Below, one piece after another: positions 10,305 through 20,953 of a stretch of 64,000 nucleotides of DNA. The DNA comes from an uncultured delta proteobacterium (GTDB taxonomy: Bacteria; Desulfobacterota; Binatia; UBA9968): the NCBI GenBank assembly GCA_963840855.1, contig CAWJBB010000050.1, forward strand, positions 64,001 to 128,000, given 5' to 3'. Each line of letters begins with the position of its first letter. Within the stretch, counting starts at the first letter, position 1. The notes beneath the pieces were generated by a model. That model had not been told where the DNA came from. It saw only the letters and a list, made by a program, of their open reading frames with translations, and did no database searches. The translations under genes were made by a program, and so were the position numbers.

Positions 10305-11156
10305 CTAGTTATTATTGCCCGCGTCCGTGCCACCTGTGTAAGGAACGGCGACTCCGCTCGTCAGATTGTCCCGAAATTTTCCGCTTTGGACGGTGAACTC
10401 AATCCCCGACGCCATGTTTGTAATGCGATTGTTAACGACCAACACATCAGACCCCGCAACGATAATACCCCCGGTGCGGGGCCTGGGAGGCGATATAGTA
10501 TTGCTGAGGCGATTATTTTCTACGACGGCGTTATCGGCATTAACTGCAATCGCAAATGCGCCTCCAGTTCCTTGTGCGTTGGTGTCAGTCACGTCATTGT
10601 TGAGAGCGCGGACACCAGAACCGGAGAGAAATATGCCCGTGGACGAAGAACCTGGCAGGGACACGTTGCCTGGTCCCGTGCTTACGATCATGTTGTTGCG
10701 AATGATGCTGTGCCGGTTGCTAACACGGATACCTACCGATGTATTGAGGTCAACGCGGACATTTTCTATGACACACACAGAGCCGAAGCTGATGTTAATG
10801 GCAGTAAAAAATCCCCGCACCGTTCCGTTCTTGACCGTGATGTTATTGCGTAAAAACGCGAAAATCCCTTGAGCCTGTGTTCCTATATTTTCCGATGTCA
10901 GTTCGGTCAATCCTCCAAGAGTAAACCCGTTTAAGTCTATCACGACGTTGTCCGCCGCGATATTGATGGCATTGACAGTGGTGATCGGCGTGCTCAGGTC
11001 ACGTTGGAGACAGTAAGTGCCCGGTATGGTGATAGTCACGGGGAGAAAGTCAATTTCGGCACAGTTTTCAGTCTGTGCTGAGGCAGTCGTCGCGCCAACT
11101 GCTACAAGCAAGGAACCACACAGAAAAGCCGCAGCTAATCGTCCTAAACTCTTCAT
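10305..11156 (-). CDS. Secreted right-handed beta-helix repeat protein
   Basis: Signal peptide ASAQ; LPVTITIPGTYCL...ADNVVIDLNGFTL; NITVKNGTVRGF; NN-rich repeats. Confidence 0.85.
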   Translation of the reverse strand: MKSLGRLAAAFLCGSLLVAVGATTASAQTENCAEIDFLPVTITIPGTYCLQRDLSTPITTVNAINIAADNVVIDLNGFTLGGLTELTSENIGTQAQGIFAFLRNNITVKNGTVRGFFTAINISFGSVCVIENVRVDLNTSVGIRVSNRHSIIRNNMIVSTGPGNVSLPGSSSTGIFLSGSGVRALNNDVTDTNAQGTGGAFAIAVNADNAVVENNRLSNTISPPRPRTGGIIVAGSDVLVVNNRITNMASGIEFTVQSGKFRDNLTSGVAVPYTGGTDAGNNN

Positions 11157-11669
11157 AGCGAACCTCCTTTAGACCAGAATGGTGAGGAGACTAACTATCG
11201 TCGTCGCGGCTGTCAATGAGAAAAGACTTCCGATGGGACGGGTGGCGTATGACAAGCGAGCAGCAATCCAGTTTCACTCGCAGCGGCGGTCGTACATTGC
11301 GTAATGCTGGCAGAATCGCAGGTACTCAACCCGGCTGGAGAATTGGGACTGCTCGTAGACCAAGCGCGGGAAGGGGCCGCAACCGACGAAAATAGCGGCG
11401 CAAAGAGCTACGGCGAGAACCATCGATGTAATATTCATGGTATTTTCCTTTCATCAAGCGGAGTGAATCAAATGGAAAACAAGATACAAGCCTAGGACCG
11501 AATAGACGATGGCCACGAAGGTCAAGCCCCGAAGCGGCACCATCGGTCGGTAACGACCAATCGAATAGAATAGGCAGCCAGTTGCAGTGCTTGTCTCACC
11601 GTTTGTTTTCCGAGTGAGTTGACACCGGCGAGACCGATGACGCAGTCCCACATTGTCAGCGGCACATTT

Positions 11670-12002
11670 TTATAATGCTGCTGGATGGCGTACTTCGTCG
11701 ACATCGGATTCGCCGTTTTGACGAAAAGTATTCGTCCTCCTTTCATAATTCAACTCTCTTTTTTTTCGGGCCGCGTCGGCGGACACGTCGCCGATCTCGT
11801 TGTGCGCGTTCAGGACGCTGAACACGGTTATCCTCTTCTCATAGGCGAGGCTGCTGGTCCGTTTCTCCTTCTTCGGAGACCAGCCCAACTTTGTGGCCAT
11901 GCGGTTTATGCAGGGGTTGGAACAATAGCCGCGCCAATCAGCCGTGTTTTTCGGATCATACGGCTTGTGGCACGACCGGCATCGAAGCAGTAATTCGCTC
12001 AT
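11670..12002 (-). CDS. Hypothetical zinc-finger-like protein
   Basis: CRSCHK...YCSNPC motif. Confidence 0.45.
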   Translation of the reverse strand: MSELLLRCRSCHKPYDPKNTADWRGYCSNPCINRMATKLGWSPKKEKRTSSLAYEKRITVFSVLNAHNEIGDVSADAARKKRELNYERRTNTFRQNGESDVDEVRHPAAL

Positions 12003-12189
12003 TGCTGCACCATGAAATCCTGGTTCGCCAGTTTCAACTCGTCGCGCAGCACCGCTATCGCTTCGAGCGCCGTTGGCGAGGCGCACTCCATCATGTCGTC
12101 CAAGGCGCCGCGAGACAGGATGAAATAGGACGCGGTTCCGTCAAATAGCTGGAGAAACAGGTTGAAGCCCAAAAGCTCTCGAAGAGTCA

Positions 12190-12465
12190 TCATGTCGCCC
12201 TCGCTGGTTGCGAAACGGACGTGGTGTCGAGTCGTTGAGAGATGGACCCCGGCACGATTATCTTTTTTGCTTGAAAGTATGCCGCCATCAGGGCAACGAA
12301 GGTGCAAATCCCGATGACCGCCAATCCAAGATGAACGATGCCCCGAAGCGGTGCCTCGCCGCTCAATTCTTTGCGCAGCGAGATGAGCAGGACGAAAAGT
12401 AGTGCTAAAAGCGCAATAGCGATTGTGGTGTGACTGATGGCCTTGAGTGCGAGTTCCGGTTGCAT
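12190..12465 (-). CDS. Small membrane protein
   Basis: Two hydrophobic helices. Confidence 0.4.
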   Translation of the reverse strand: MQPELALKAISHTTIAIALLALLFVLLISLRKELSGEAPLRGIVHLGLAVIGICTFVALMAAYFQAKKIIVPGSISQRLDTTSVSQPARAT

Positions 12466-12909
12466 CGCGGTTGGCCCTTCAATGCAAGGTTTCTGGCCAT
12501 TTGCTTTTTGCCTTAAAGAGCCATGTTGCTATCTTCTCCCTTTCCTGAAGTGACGAGGACTCTGCCGTGCCGTCTTTATTTCTGGGGAGTAATGCCGCGC
12601 CGTCGTCGCTGAAAATCCAATAGCGTAGCCACGCTTGACGAAGAGCGTATTTTTGCCTTTGCAGGGCTTGAAAGAAGATGCGCCACGGGAGCAATGTTGT
12701 CGGCATCGCGGAAGTCCCCCGATAACACGTAAAGCTAATGCTGTGCCGTGCCGATTTGACGTGTATTGGCGAACCGTGTTCCCAAAACCCCGCTTTTGCC
12801 GCGTGTTTGACGGAGGTTATTTCGGGCGCGAATTCACAAACGGGTGGTTTGGCCCTGTCAGAACTGACCGCAAAGCGCCGCCTCTGCTCGCAAATTGCGT
12901 CGAATTTTT

Positions 12910-13671
12910 ATGAATCACACGAGACAGCGAAAACACGTCACACTGCGCGCTCGACGAGACCTCGATAGCGATGACGGCATACAGTTTGTGCGCTGCCAGA
13001 TTTGCCGTGACTGCCTTCGCGTAATAAGCGGTCGCCACCTTTCAAAGCATGACACCGACCGTGAAACGTACATGGAGGCGTACGGTCTCAGCCCGGATGA
13101 ACTGATCGCCAAGGATTTTCGGATCATTCAAAGCTCACGCCGTGGGTATTCCGCGCACGGTAAGAGCGACTGGATCGCTGCGATCAAGAAAGTCTACGAA
13201 CAAGACGGCAATGTTTTTGCCAGGTATCTACAAGAAAAGCACCCGCACCTGTATAACCAAGGCACTTGGATTTTCGGCGATTGGGATAAAGCTCTGCGTG
13301 CAGCAGGCTTCGACCCAGAGCGGATGCGGAAACAAGGTTCATGGGACGATGAAAGAATCGTCAAAGAAATACGCGCCATGCGACATCAGAGTCTGCCACT
13401 CTACGCAAGATACGTGCTGATGAATCATACGAAATTGTTTTCTGCGGCACGACGCCAATACGGATTGTGGAGCAAGGCATTGATTGCCGCCGGCATTAAC
13501 GCGGCACAGGCGTCGGGAAAGTTGTACAAGAGCCCTCGCGGTGTTTTAAGAGCACTCAGCGACGCTCTAAAGAGACATACAGCAAACGATATTCCAAAGG
13601 TGCTAAAGTTACAGGCAGCGCATTATTTTGGAAGCCTAAGTAAGGCCATCACTGCGTTGGAAAAGGATTAA
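12910..13671 (+). CDS. Zn-finger (MucR-like) protein with homing-endonuclease-associated-type helical repeats
   Basis: CQIC...HLSKH...YMEAYGL; repeats FGDWDKALRAAG, YGLWSKALIAAG, FGSLSKAITAL. Confidence 0.65.
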   Translation: MNHTRQRKHVTLRARRDLDSDDGIQFVRCQICRDCLRVISGRHLSKHDTDRETYMEAYGLSPDELIAKDFRIIQSSRRGYSAHGKSDWIAAIKKVYEQDGNVFARYLQEKHPHLYNQGTWIFGDWDKALRAAGFDPERMRKQGSWDDERIVKEIRAMRHQSLPLYARYVLMNHTKLFSAARRQYGLWSKALIAAGINAAQASGKLYKSPRGVLRALSDALKRHTANDIPKVLKLQAAHYFGSLSKAITALEKD

Positions 13672-13721
13672 AGACTGCTATGTGGTGGAGCAAGCGTGGG
13701 ATGAATGCTGATTGTTTTGTA

Positions 13722-13742
13722 GGAGAAATCAGTTCAATCCTG
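13722..13742. repeat. Palindrome A, right arm only
   Basis: ggagaaatcagttcaatcctg. Confidence 0.8.
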
Positions 13743-13885
13743 CGATCGCGGCTAAGCGTTTCACTGTCTAATTTCGCGGTGCTTTGCTGTGCGCCCTATC
13801 CCGCCCGGTTGACTTTTTAGCGTGTCAAGAATAGAAGGCCCTTCTGCTCGTCGAGTGCCTTAAATGCACAAAAGGAGGGTTTGAT

Positions 13886-15301
13886 ATGTTTAACCGTTCT
13901 ACCATCATGGCGTCGTTTTTCTCCGTCATTGTGGCTGGGCTCATTTTCTCGCTCTCTCTAGCAGGGGTTGCTGCGGCGCAGAGCAACACCCGCCTGGGGA
14001 TAGGCGCACTTCAGAACAACACCACGGGCGAGCAGAACACCGCCATCGGGAACAATGCGCTCTTTAGCAACACCACGGGCAACGGCAACACCGCCAGCGG
14101 ATTCGATGCGCTCTTTGCCAACACCACGGGCAATTTCAACAGCGCCAGCGGTTTCCAGGCGCTCTTTAGCAACAACGGCGACGGCAACACCGCCAGCGGA
14201 TTCCGTGCACTCTTTGCCAACATCACGGGCATCAACAACACCGCCAGTGGGGCTAATGCGCTCTTTAGCAACACCACGGGCAGCCACAACACCGCCAGCG
14301 GACTCAATGCGCTCTTTAGCAACACCACGGGCAGCGACAACACCGCCAGTGGAGTCAATGCGCTCTTTAGCAACATCACGGGCATCAACAACACCGCCAG
14401 CGGACACAGGGCGCTCTTTAGCAACACCACGGGTGAAGCCAACACCGCCACCGGACTCGATGCGCTATTTAGCAACACCACGGGCAGCCTCAACACCGCC
14501 CTCGGTCTCCAAGCGCTCTTTAGCAACACCACGGGTGAAGCCAACACCGCCACCGGACTCGCTGCGCTCACTAACAACACCACGGGCAGCAGCAACACCG
14601 CTACCGGATCCAGCGCGCTCATTCTCAACACCACGGGTGAAGCCAACACAGCCAGCGGAAACAATGCACTCACTAACAACCGCACAGGCGGCAACAACAC
14701 AGCCATCGGAGTTGGTGTGCTCGATAACAACATCACGGGCAGCAACAACACCGCCATCGGGTTTGCAGCCAATGTGTCTGCTGGGGATCTGGTAAACGCT
14801 ACGGCTATCGGCAGTAGTGCCATCGTCAATGCCAGCAATAAGATCCGCCTGGGAAACGGTGACGTCACGGTGATCGAAGGGCAGGTGGCGTTTACTTTCC
14901 CTTCGGACAAGACCCAGAAGGAAAACTTCCAGCCGGTCGATGGAGAGGAAGTGCTGGGAAAGATTCGCGGCTTTGAGCTGTCGAGCTGGAACTTCATTGG
15001 CCACGATCTTAAGAAGTTTCGCCACTATGGTCCCATGGCGCAGGACTTCTATGCAGCCTTCGGCCACGACGGATTGGGACAGATCGGCTCGGAGAAGACG
15101 ATCAACTCGGGCGATCTGGCGGGGATTCTAATGATCGCCGTGCAGGCGCTGGAGAAGCGCACGGCGGAGCTAAAACACAAGGAGGCGCAGATTGCTGCGC
15201 TGGAATCGCGGTTGGAGGCGCTAGAGTTGCGAAATAATCACTCTATCCAGATAACAGCCGGGAAAAACCTCGGCGACAAGATGGTCGACGTGATGCCGTA
15301 A
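13886..15301 (+). CDS. Secreted fiber/adhesin-like protein with 14-aa repeats and a C-terminal peptidase S74 (intramolecular chaperone) domain
   Basis: RBS aggagg; signal peptide; repeated NTASGxxALFSNTTG; SDKTQKENFQPVD...HYGPMAQDFYAAFG followed by a coiled coil. Confidence 0.88.
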   Translation: MFNRSTIMASFFSVIVAGLIFSLSLAGVAAAQSNTRLGIGALQNNTTGEQNTAIGNNALFSNTTGNGNTASGFDALFANTTGNFNSASGFQALFSNNGDGNTASGFRALFANITGINNTASGANALFSNTTGSHNTASGLNALFSNTTGSDNTASGVNALFSNITGINNTASGHRALFSNTTGEANTATGLDALFSNTTGSLNTALGLQALFSNTTGEANTATGLAALTNNTTGSSNTATGSSALILNTTGEANTASGNNALTNNRTGGNNTAIGVGVLDNNITGSNNTAIGFAANVSAGDLVNATAIGSSAIVNASNKIRLGNGDVTVIEGQVAFTFPSDKTQKENFQPVDGEEVLGKIRGFELSSWNFIGHDLKKFRHYGPMAQDFYAAFGHDGLGQIGSEKTINSGDLAGILMIAVQALEKRTAELKHKEAQIAALESRLEALELRNNHSIQITAGKNLGDKMVDVMP

Positions 15302-15403
15302 GTGAATAATAAGAATTAAAAAAACAGTCTGATCTCCCCTGGAGGTTTTTGAACTTTACGGACAGAATGTATTCCTCGAGTGGAAAAACCAGATTTTTAG
15401 CCT

Positions 15404-15423
15404 GAGATTGAACTGAACGACGC
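15404..15423. repeat. Palindrome A, left arm, preceded by an SBP-leader fragment
   Basis: tcgagtggaaaaaccagatttttagcctgagattgaactgaacgacgc, as at 4548-4594. Confidence 0.85.
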
Positions 15424-15584
15424 GACGTTTCAATCATATCACTGTTAGATCATCCGTACCGTGCTATAGTGTGTGGCCCAATCTCCATAGTCTTTATAAA
15501 ACTCAAATAATCCCACCGCTTGGCCATACGATCCCACTCCCTGGCCCCTTTATTTCCTCGCCATCTTGATAACGCTTTTCGAGA

Positions 15585-16256
15585 TCAAAACTCTATACTG
15601 ACCGATGTAACAAAGGCGGGTTTCTTCTTGTCCGGATTAAAGACATGCCCGGTGACCTCTACTTTTTTGTAATTCACCCCGACGAGAAATCCTCGCTGGA
15701 CATTGAAATCGCTCTGATACACCTTGGTTTTTTGCAGCACCAGTCCAGCGCGCAGCCAGTCGAACGGAGACACTGTCAACTCCGACCAACCGTAGAGAAA
15801 GGAGTCAGAACGTTTGTCGGTGGTGATAACGAACTCACCCTCGCCGTAGAAGTAGAATCTCCACCAACTAAGTGAGCCACGGAGGCCGGGTGCGACGCCT
15901 GTTGTCTTACCAAAGACACCACCAAGCATCGGCGTGACGTTCAGCGAGAGCTTATTACTAGCACTGAAGTTGTATCCGACCCACAGGGATCCAGTTTCCA
16001 GAGCTTCGTAGTTGTAGCGTGCTTCGAGATGCAACCACCCGCGGTCGGCCTTAAATGTGGGCTGCGCATAGTTATGGCTATCGGGCACGATGTAGGTGTA
16101 GACCGATGCGGCGAAGGACCAATCGGTCGCTGGCTGTCCCGGTGGAATCGTAATGGATCCGGCAATGGCTTCCCGGGCGCTACGGGGCTCGGCCAGTAGG
16201 GCGAAGCAGATGATCGCAAGGCAAGAGACCCAAAAAAGTGCAACGTTGCACGTCAC
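15585..16256 (-). CDS. Putative outer-membrane beta-barrel protein
   Basis: N-terminal hydrophobic segment, amphipathic beta strands, C-terminal Phe (VSIEF). Confidence 0.65.
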   Translation of the reverse strand: MTCNVALFWVSCLAIICFALLAEPRSAREAIAGSITIPPGQPATDWSFAASVYTYIVPDSHNYAQPTFKADRGWLHLEARYNYEALETGSLWVGYNFSASNKLSLNVTPMLGGVFGKTTGVAPGLRGSLSWWRFYFYGEGEFVITTDKRSDSFLYGWSELTVSPFDWLRAGLVLQKTKVYQSDFNVQRGFLVGVNYKKVEVTGHVFNPDKKKPAFVTSVSIEF

Positions 16257-16369
16257 GATTCGGCGCGTCGGCTCAGAGATCGACCTTGCGCAAGACGGTC
16301 GGCCACAAAAAGATCTGCTGCCGTTGTCATCCTCTCACCCTCCTTTCATATACCCAAGGGCCTTACATC

Positions 16370-16540
16370 TACAACAAGGATTGATGACACCGCAGCCTTC
16401 TTCATTAGCGCACCTCGTTTCGAGCGTTTTGTATCACGCGGAGAGAGATAAAGGAAAGTGTGATTTACACGGAGGAAGGCGACAGGGATTCGTCGAGTGG
16501 AAAAACCAGATTTTTAGCCTGAGATTGAACTGAACGACGC
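16370..16540 (-). pseudogene. SBP 5' remnant (MKKAAVSSILV) with leader and left arm of palindrome A
   Basis: Matches the paralog start and leader; arm gagattgaactgaacgacgc at 16521-16540. Confidence 0.8.
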
Positions 16541-16721
16541 ATCGATCTAAATCGCCCATGGACTAGCACATTACGCGGAAGGTAGCAGTAACAATACTGA
16601 AGTCGCTGCCTGTTTTCCAGCAAGCGACGATAGCCCGAATCGTATTATCTCCTCATTGAGAGCGGAGGCCAGCGGAGACGGGGCGTGAGCCGGCACCTAT
16701 TCCGGATGCACTCTTTAAAAT

Positions 16722-17687
16722 CTAAGATTTCGAGTCTTTTCCCTGTGATCTCGTCAGCCGTCGCCGCGTCTTTTGTGGGCACAAGAAGGAAATCGAATGA
16801 GCCCCCATTCTAACATCGATGATTTTGGACTGCTTCTTTTTCTTGCGATCGTCATTTGACCACGGCTTATCATCAATGTGAACCGGAGACCCGTCCCATT
16901 CGATTTGTAGATGTCGGCCGCGTTGCACGGTAAGCTTCGCATCGACATTCCGTCCACGTATGCAGTGCGTGAGATATCGGCTCAGTTTCTTTTCTTCTCC
17001 GTGAACAAGCAGAACGACCTCGAGCAGACCATCGTTGGTGTCCGCAGCCGGAGCGAGATCCAGGTTTGGACCGACATATCGTATATTCAATGCCTGCAGC
17101 AGAATGTAATCGCCCGACAGATCCTCATCATCCAAAAGCACCGAAAGTTTCTTCGGAGTGTGTTTTTCTAGCCGTTCCTTTAGAATGGCGAGGACTCTCT
17201 CAATTTCGTCGTCGCGGCGAACATCAGCTGCCAGGAGGGGGTGGTTGCGTTGCTCCAGCTTCAACATTGTCGAGGCAAACAGACCGAATCCAAAACCTTC
17301 AATGAAGTAATATGAACCCCATGGCCCATCCACCTCGCCTACGTCAAAGTTGACTCGGCGCGCGGAATCCCAGTCGGCAATGAGGGTGTCTAAAGCCCTT
17401 CCGGTCAACCCCAAGCTGTGACCGACATTATTGGCGGTGCCCAGAGGGAGAATCGCAATCGGAGTCGGATTGCCGACCATTCGGCGGGCAACTTTTCCAA
17501 CGGTGCCGTCTCCACCGGCAACAGCGATAATATCTGTGGATTTCTTCAGCGCCTTGTTCCAATCATTGTCTTTAGAAGAATAATATTTGACCTTATGGCC
17601 CGCGGCCTGGATCATATCTGTAATCCGATCACCTGTAGGCTGTGAGTCGTCACCGGCGGATGGGTTATGAATCAATGTAACTTTAAT
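16722..17687 (-). CDS. Diacylglycerol kinase family lipid kinase
   Basis: IHNPSAG, AVAGGDGT, ILPLGTANN, DGLLEV; the codon where a start is expected after RBS aaggag reads ATT (alternative TTG at 17675). Confidence 0.88.
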   Translation of the reverse strand: MKVTLIHNPSAGDDSQPTGDRITDMIQAAGHKVKYYSSKDNDWNKALKKSTDIIAVAGGDGTVGKVARRMVGNPTPIAILPLGTANNVGHSLGLTGRALDTLIADWDSARRVNFDVGEVDGPWGSYYFIEGFGFGLFASTMLKLEQRNHPLLAADVRRDDEIERVLAILKERLEKHTPKKLSVLLDDEDLSGDYILLQALNIRYVGPNLDLAPAADTNDGLLEVVLLVHGEEKKLSRYLTHCIRGRNVDAKLTVQRGRHLQIEWDGSPVHIDDKPWSNDDRKKKKQSKIIDVRMGAHSISFLCPQKTRRRLTRSQGKDSKS

Positions 17688-18022
17688 TGGTTTGCTTCTC
17701 CTTCGTGTACAATTCGTAACCGTAGCCGAATGACTATCGCGAAATCCATCGACGAAGGCAAGATACTCGCATTGCGGAATTGAGGTTCGACTTATGGCTT
17801 CTGCTTCGATTTCGTAACACGGTCAAGCCGATGGATGTGTTACCTCCAGTTATTGCTTCTTTGGGTAATTGCGGCACCGTTCGGAGTTACGTTGAACGAT
17901 GGTCAGTCTCGGTTGAGTATCCGAGTAAATCTCCGAAGCCGCTCGATTTGATAATCGCCACGGCGTGGCTTATTTGTAATGCAAATCAAGCGCCATGTTT
18001 CAACGAAGCAATATCAAAGTAT

Positions 18023-18182
18023 TTACTTGATCACCCGATCCGCAGCGCCCGCTCTTTCATACGCCGCCCGAGCCAGCCGAAGCAACATCGGGATTTTCAT
18101 CAAACAGAAAGACGATTGACATCCCACCGGTCCGGCGATATTGCTCGGGCCAGAAAAAAGGAGGTTTAAACCTCCTATACAG
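18023..18182 (+). mobile_element. Repeat B: SBP stop-codon tail fused to an IS91/ISCR-like oriIS end
   Basis: Near-identical to 34063-34223 and 35309-35469; ends ggaggtttaaacctcctatacag; contains TTGACA. Confidence 0.7.
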
Positions 18183-18432
18183 AAAACTCGCAATTGATCG
18201 AGTCTCAATTGGCGCGAACCAATAAGAAACATACTCAGTTTCATTGATTTGATAGCACTGAGGTTGCAGAATGTCGTCGCCGATGAACGAAATCGGTTGG
18301 GTTCCTTGGATGGCCGGTTTACTTGTGCTGGCCCAATAAATATTTTCTGCATCGTTGCCCTGAGTGACTTCGTAAAAATAGCCGAACGATTTAGTGTAAC
18401 TTACCATAAGGGGTTCTCCCTGACTATACAGA

Positions 18433-18846
18433 GTGTGCTACTGGAAGTCACCGCGCGCCATCCAGTACATCCGGTCGAACTCACCGGCCCGCGTTCGTGC
18501 CGCTACTCGGGAGGCTCTTGCCACTCGGAGCGAGCAGCGGCGGCTTGAGGCATTGCGGGAGCTGAGGGGTGTGTCTGTCCCCATGGCTTCAGCCATCCTA
18601 ATGTTGCTCAATCCGAAACGTTACGGCGTGATCGACATCCGGGTGTGGCAGCTTCTGCACGAGGTGGGCACGGTCACCAAGAACGCCGACGGCGTCGGGT
18701 TCAATTTCAAGAACTGGTACCAGTTTCTGGTGGTTCTACGGTATTTCGCCAAGAAACTTGGAGTGACCGCGAGAGACATTGAGCGAACGTTGTTCATCGC
18801 TCACAAGGAATACCAGGTCGGACGTCTCTACAAATACGGGCAGTGA
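18433..18846 (+). pseudogene. 5'-truncated helix-hairpin-helix (glycosylase-like) protein
   Basis: WKSPR...LRELRGVSVPMASAIL...YGVIDIRVW; no good start or RBS. Confidence 0.55.
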
Positions 18847-18931
18847 CTGGCTGCTTAAATTAAGCCAGCCACAACAAATAGATATTGTCTGATCCGCCAT
18901 AATATGATAACGAAATGCGCAGGAGGTCGGT

Positions 18932-19534
18932 GTGCCTACGCTCCACATGAAGAGATTCTATTCTGCCATATCGGGGTGTCTCTTCTTCATTCTAGGTGCC
19001 CTCGCTTTCGCTCAAGGAGTCAGTATTTACGGGCCAGGAGCTGATCAACACTGGCGAGTGCGCTCAGGCTCAGGAAGATCGGGCGAGCCGATCCGTAGCG
19101 GAACACCGTATCGACTGGTCACCGCCGGCGGACAACTGGTAGGAAATTCTAAGGTCCGTGAGGGATTCCGAATTGTTCCAACCAGGGAGGCTGGCGAAAA
19201 CTTTCACATTCGAACCAGAGCGTCGGACGACGGCGGCGTCAAACTCAATGAACCAGTAGCGCTCTATCATTATGGCGCGGGGTATTTCATCGTTCACAAG
19301 AAAGGAGGCGCGGATAGTCTCGGCTGGGCTTTGTGGGATCCTTCACGCGAACCTCGAATGGAAATGCCGAAAGGTGTCTACCAGTGGGAGTTGAGGAGCT
19401 CACCCGACTCTCGCAGCAGAGATCATCGCAGCCGCCCAGCCATAACATTGGAGGTGCTGGGCCTCTTTAATACCTCTGCCAATGCTTATCTTGTGTCAGA
19501 CCGGAAGACGCAAGAGCTTCGTTGGAGGCAGTGA
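18932..19534 (+). CDS. Secreted hypothetical protein
   Basis: RBS aggagg; signal peptide ending ALAFAQ. Confidence 0.65.
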   Translation: MPTLHMKRFYSAISGCLFFILGALAFAQGVSIYGPGADQHWRVRSGSGRSGEPIRSGTPYRLVTAGGQLVGNSKVREGFRIVPTREAGENFHIRTRASDDGGVKLNEPVALYHYGAGYFIVHKKGGADSLGWALWDPSREPRMEMPKGVYQWELRSSPDSRSRDHRSRPAITLEVLGLFNTSANAYLVSDRKTQELRWRQ

Positions 19535-19586
19535 GGAAAGCCTCTAGCAGTTAGCACTGATGCCTATTCATATGACGATCCCAACG

Positions 19587-19925
19587 GGTGACCGTGCCAC
19601 TTGCGAGCATCACACATGACACATCGATGCCGCCAGAGGGGGTCTGGAACGCTCTCGGATCATGCGGCAGCCTGCACGTCAGCTGAGTAGTCAGCCGAGA
19701 AGTGGGGCCACAGGGTCGGCAAACGTTCACTCAGATACACGGCACGCCATGTGAGCGCGGCGGTCACGCCGTCCTCGTGCCACCGTTGCCCGCAGCCTTT
19801 TGCACGGATCATCACGACGGATTTGCACGCTCCCTCGGTCGCCCCGCTCCCGCATGGGAGCCCGACCCGGCACAACGTCGCGTAGCGCATGCGGTCGTTG
19901 TGGCGACGTCTCCCCAGTTTTGAGT
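19587..19925 (-). mobile_element. ISKra4/ISLre2-like transposase 3' remnant
   Basis: MRY...GLPCGSGATEGACKSVV..RAKGCGQRW motif; boundaries approximate. Confidence 0.7.
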
Positions 19926-19976
19926 AGCGCGTTGGTTTAGAGTCCGGCCTACGGAAAGGGTCGGACGATGAAGAAG

Positions 19977-20032
19977 CGGTCCGGCGATATTGCTCAGGCC
20001 AGAAAAAAAGGTGGTTTAAAATTCCTATACAG
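19977..20032 (+). mobile_element. Repeat B, terminal part (oriIS-like)
   Basis: cggtccggcgatattgctcaggccagaaaaaaaggtggtttaaaattcctatacag. Confidence 0.7.
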
Positions 20033-20170
20033 CGATGGGTACTGTGTTAGGTGTCGCATAACGGGGCTTCCGTCAAAGAATGGCCGTTCATCCGTCTTAT
20101 CGTCTCCGCGCCTTCTGAGGATTCCAGGTCGTAGCGAATCAGCGATCGTCTGGAAGCCGGGAGTACAGCA

Positions 20171-20953
20171 ATGACACTTCGCATTCCCAGTTCCTGGTTC
20201 GCGATTGTCATCGTCCCGCTGCTTCTCACGCCGGCGGTTGGCCATCCGGATGCCGCAGCCTTGCAGGACGCCAACAGCATTCGCAACTTCCGGGCTACCA
20301 GCCCCTCGACCGCCGAGCTGCGGGTTACCGTGGACTACACGTTCACGGGTGAGAATTCGGGCGAGGTCACCATCCACGCGGCACCGGAGGAGAGGGGCGG
20401 GGTCTTCAATCCACGGCTCGTAGAGTTCGACGAGATTCCGGTGCAACAGGGGACTCACACCGTCACGCTGACCATCAAACGGCGCGAGGGTGCGGCGGAC
20501 TTCCTGAGCGTGACGGTGCGGGTGTGCATCTCCACGACCGACCAGGCGATCCTGTGCCAGGACTTTCCCCACGAAAAACGCTGGACCGCCGCGGCCCCGC
20601 CAGCGCCGCCCACACCGCCACCCCCCTCGCCACCGGCGCCCGGGACATGCTCGATTAGGGGTGAGGTCACGGGACCACTGCAGGGGGTCATTTCGCCCGA
20701 CAGTCCGGCTTCGCAGCCCATCAAGGTCACACTGAGAAGAATGGTGCTACGGGCGAAGGATGGCGGCCAGCCGAGACGTGTCCCGCTCACCAACCGCCGC
20801 TACGTTTTCGAGAACGTACGCGCCGAAACGACCTACGAGATCTTCCCGGACGAAGGATTCCGATCGGATCCTCCTCGGCGCACCGTGACTTGCAAGGGGA
20901 ACATCCGCCATAGCGGCCTGGATTTCAGGATCACCGGACCGCCGGTGCACTAG
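20171..20953 (+). CDS. Secreted two-domain hypothetical protein with a Pro-rich linker
   Basis: Signal peptide; two beta-rich domains separated by APPAPPTPPPPSPPAP; RBS gggag. Confidence 0.7.
   Translation: MTLRIPSSWFAIVIVPLLLTPAVGHPDAAALQDANSIRNFRATSPSTAELRVTVDYTFTGENSGEVTIHAAPEERGGVFNPRLVEFDEIPVQQGTHTVTLTIKRREGAADFLSVTVRVCISTTDQAILCQDFPHEKRWTAAAPPAPPTPPPPSPPAPGTCSIRGEVTGPLQGVISPDSPASQPIKVTLRRMVLRAKDGGQPRRVPLTNRRYVFENVRAETTYEIFPDEGFRSDPPRRTVTCKGNIRHSGLDFRITGPPVH

Noticed and set aside
14010-14760. 42-bp tandem repeats as CRISPR or non-coding repeat
   Set aside because: They are in-frame 14-aa repeats of the 13886..15301 protein; the overlapping ORFs 14011..14997, 14055..14795 and others are shadows.
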